Positions 24,299 to 24,444 of a stretch of 24,444 nt of DNA are shown here, piece by piece. The notes under the pieces were generated by a model. The model saw only the letters and a program-made list of their open reading frames with translations. It did not search any database and was not told the origin of the DNA. The translations under genes were made by a program, and so were the position numbers. This stretch comes from a virus. Taxonomy: Duplodnaviria > Caudoviricetes. The stretch lies in the IMG/VR virus record IMGVR_UViG_3300002484_000035, positions 1 through 24,444 of that record. One strand, given 5' to 3'. How positions within the stretch are numbered: position 1 is the first letter of the stretch; every line of letters starts with the position of its first letter.

Positions 24299-24444
24299 AT
24301 GGTAGGAGGCGGAGGATTACAAAAAGTAGAGAGAAATTTTCAAATGGCTTTTCCGGGAAAGAAGGAAAAGAAAAAGAAGGAATATAAAGATAAGTTACCA
24401 AAAGATACACCAACAATAGAAGATGTAAAAAAGAAATATGGTAC
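24299..24444 (+). CDS. Hypothetical protein, 5' part only (runs off the window)
   Basis: SD AGGAGG at 24286-24291, ATG at 24299, open to the end: MVGGGGLQKVERNFQMAFPGKKEKKKKEYKDKLPKDTPTIEDVKKKYG. Confidence 0.6.
   Translation, partial: MVGGGGLQKVERNFQMAFPGKKEKKKKEYKDKLPKDTPTIEDVKKKYG

Noticed and set aside
1-24444. Stop-codon reassignment, tRNA or rRNA genes
   Set aside because: Genes are full length under the standard bacterial code, with TAA, TAG and TGA all used as stops. Intergenic gaps are short and show no cloverleaf.

Overview
The window is a 24.4 kb, AT-rich slice of a tailed dsDNA bacteriophage genome (Caudoviricetes, siphovirus-type tail), with every credible gene on the + strand. 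Bases 1-12432 hold the end of the virion module: decoration/fibre protein end, head-tail connector, tail terminator, a tail tube protein with extra domains, tail assembly chaperones joined by a -1 frameshift, a short tape measure, a distal tail protein and a 1657-aa tail tip/fibre ending in a peptidase S74 chaperone. Bases 12398-24444 hold a regulation, replication and recombination module: HTH/Zn-finger protein, phage sigma factor, DnaB, DnaG, gp32-like SSB, family A polymerase, DUF3310-like, MazG-like, RecA/UvsX, DUF559-like, Cas4-like, UvsY-like and RuvC-like proteins. SD motifs, the sigma factor and DnaB/DnaG/PolA point to a bacterial host. The most notable observations are: (1) a 62-aa PolA insertion at the position of insert 2 of eukaryotic Pol theta; (2) apparent purging of both GATC and CCWGG, visible in codon choice; (3) a protein made of two fused PD-(D/E)xK nuclease-like domains; (4) a roughly 70-aa beta domain present 7 times across two tail proteins, once nested inside another copy of itself; (5) a RuvC gene that seems to need an ATT start; (6) an RBS-bounded direct repeat around an accessory gene. 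All functional calls come from motif recognition by eye. No database searches were run.
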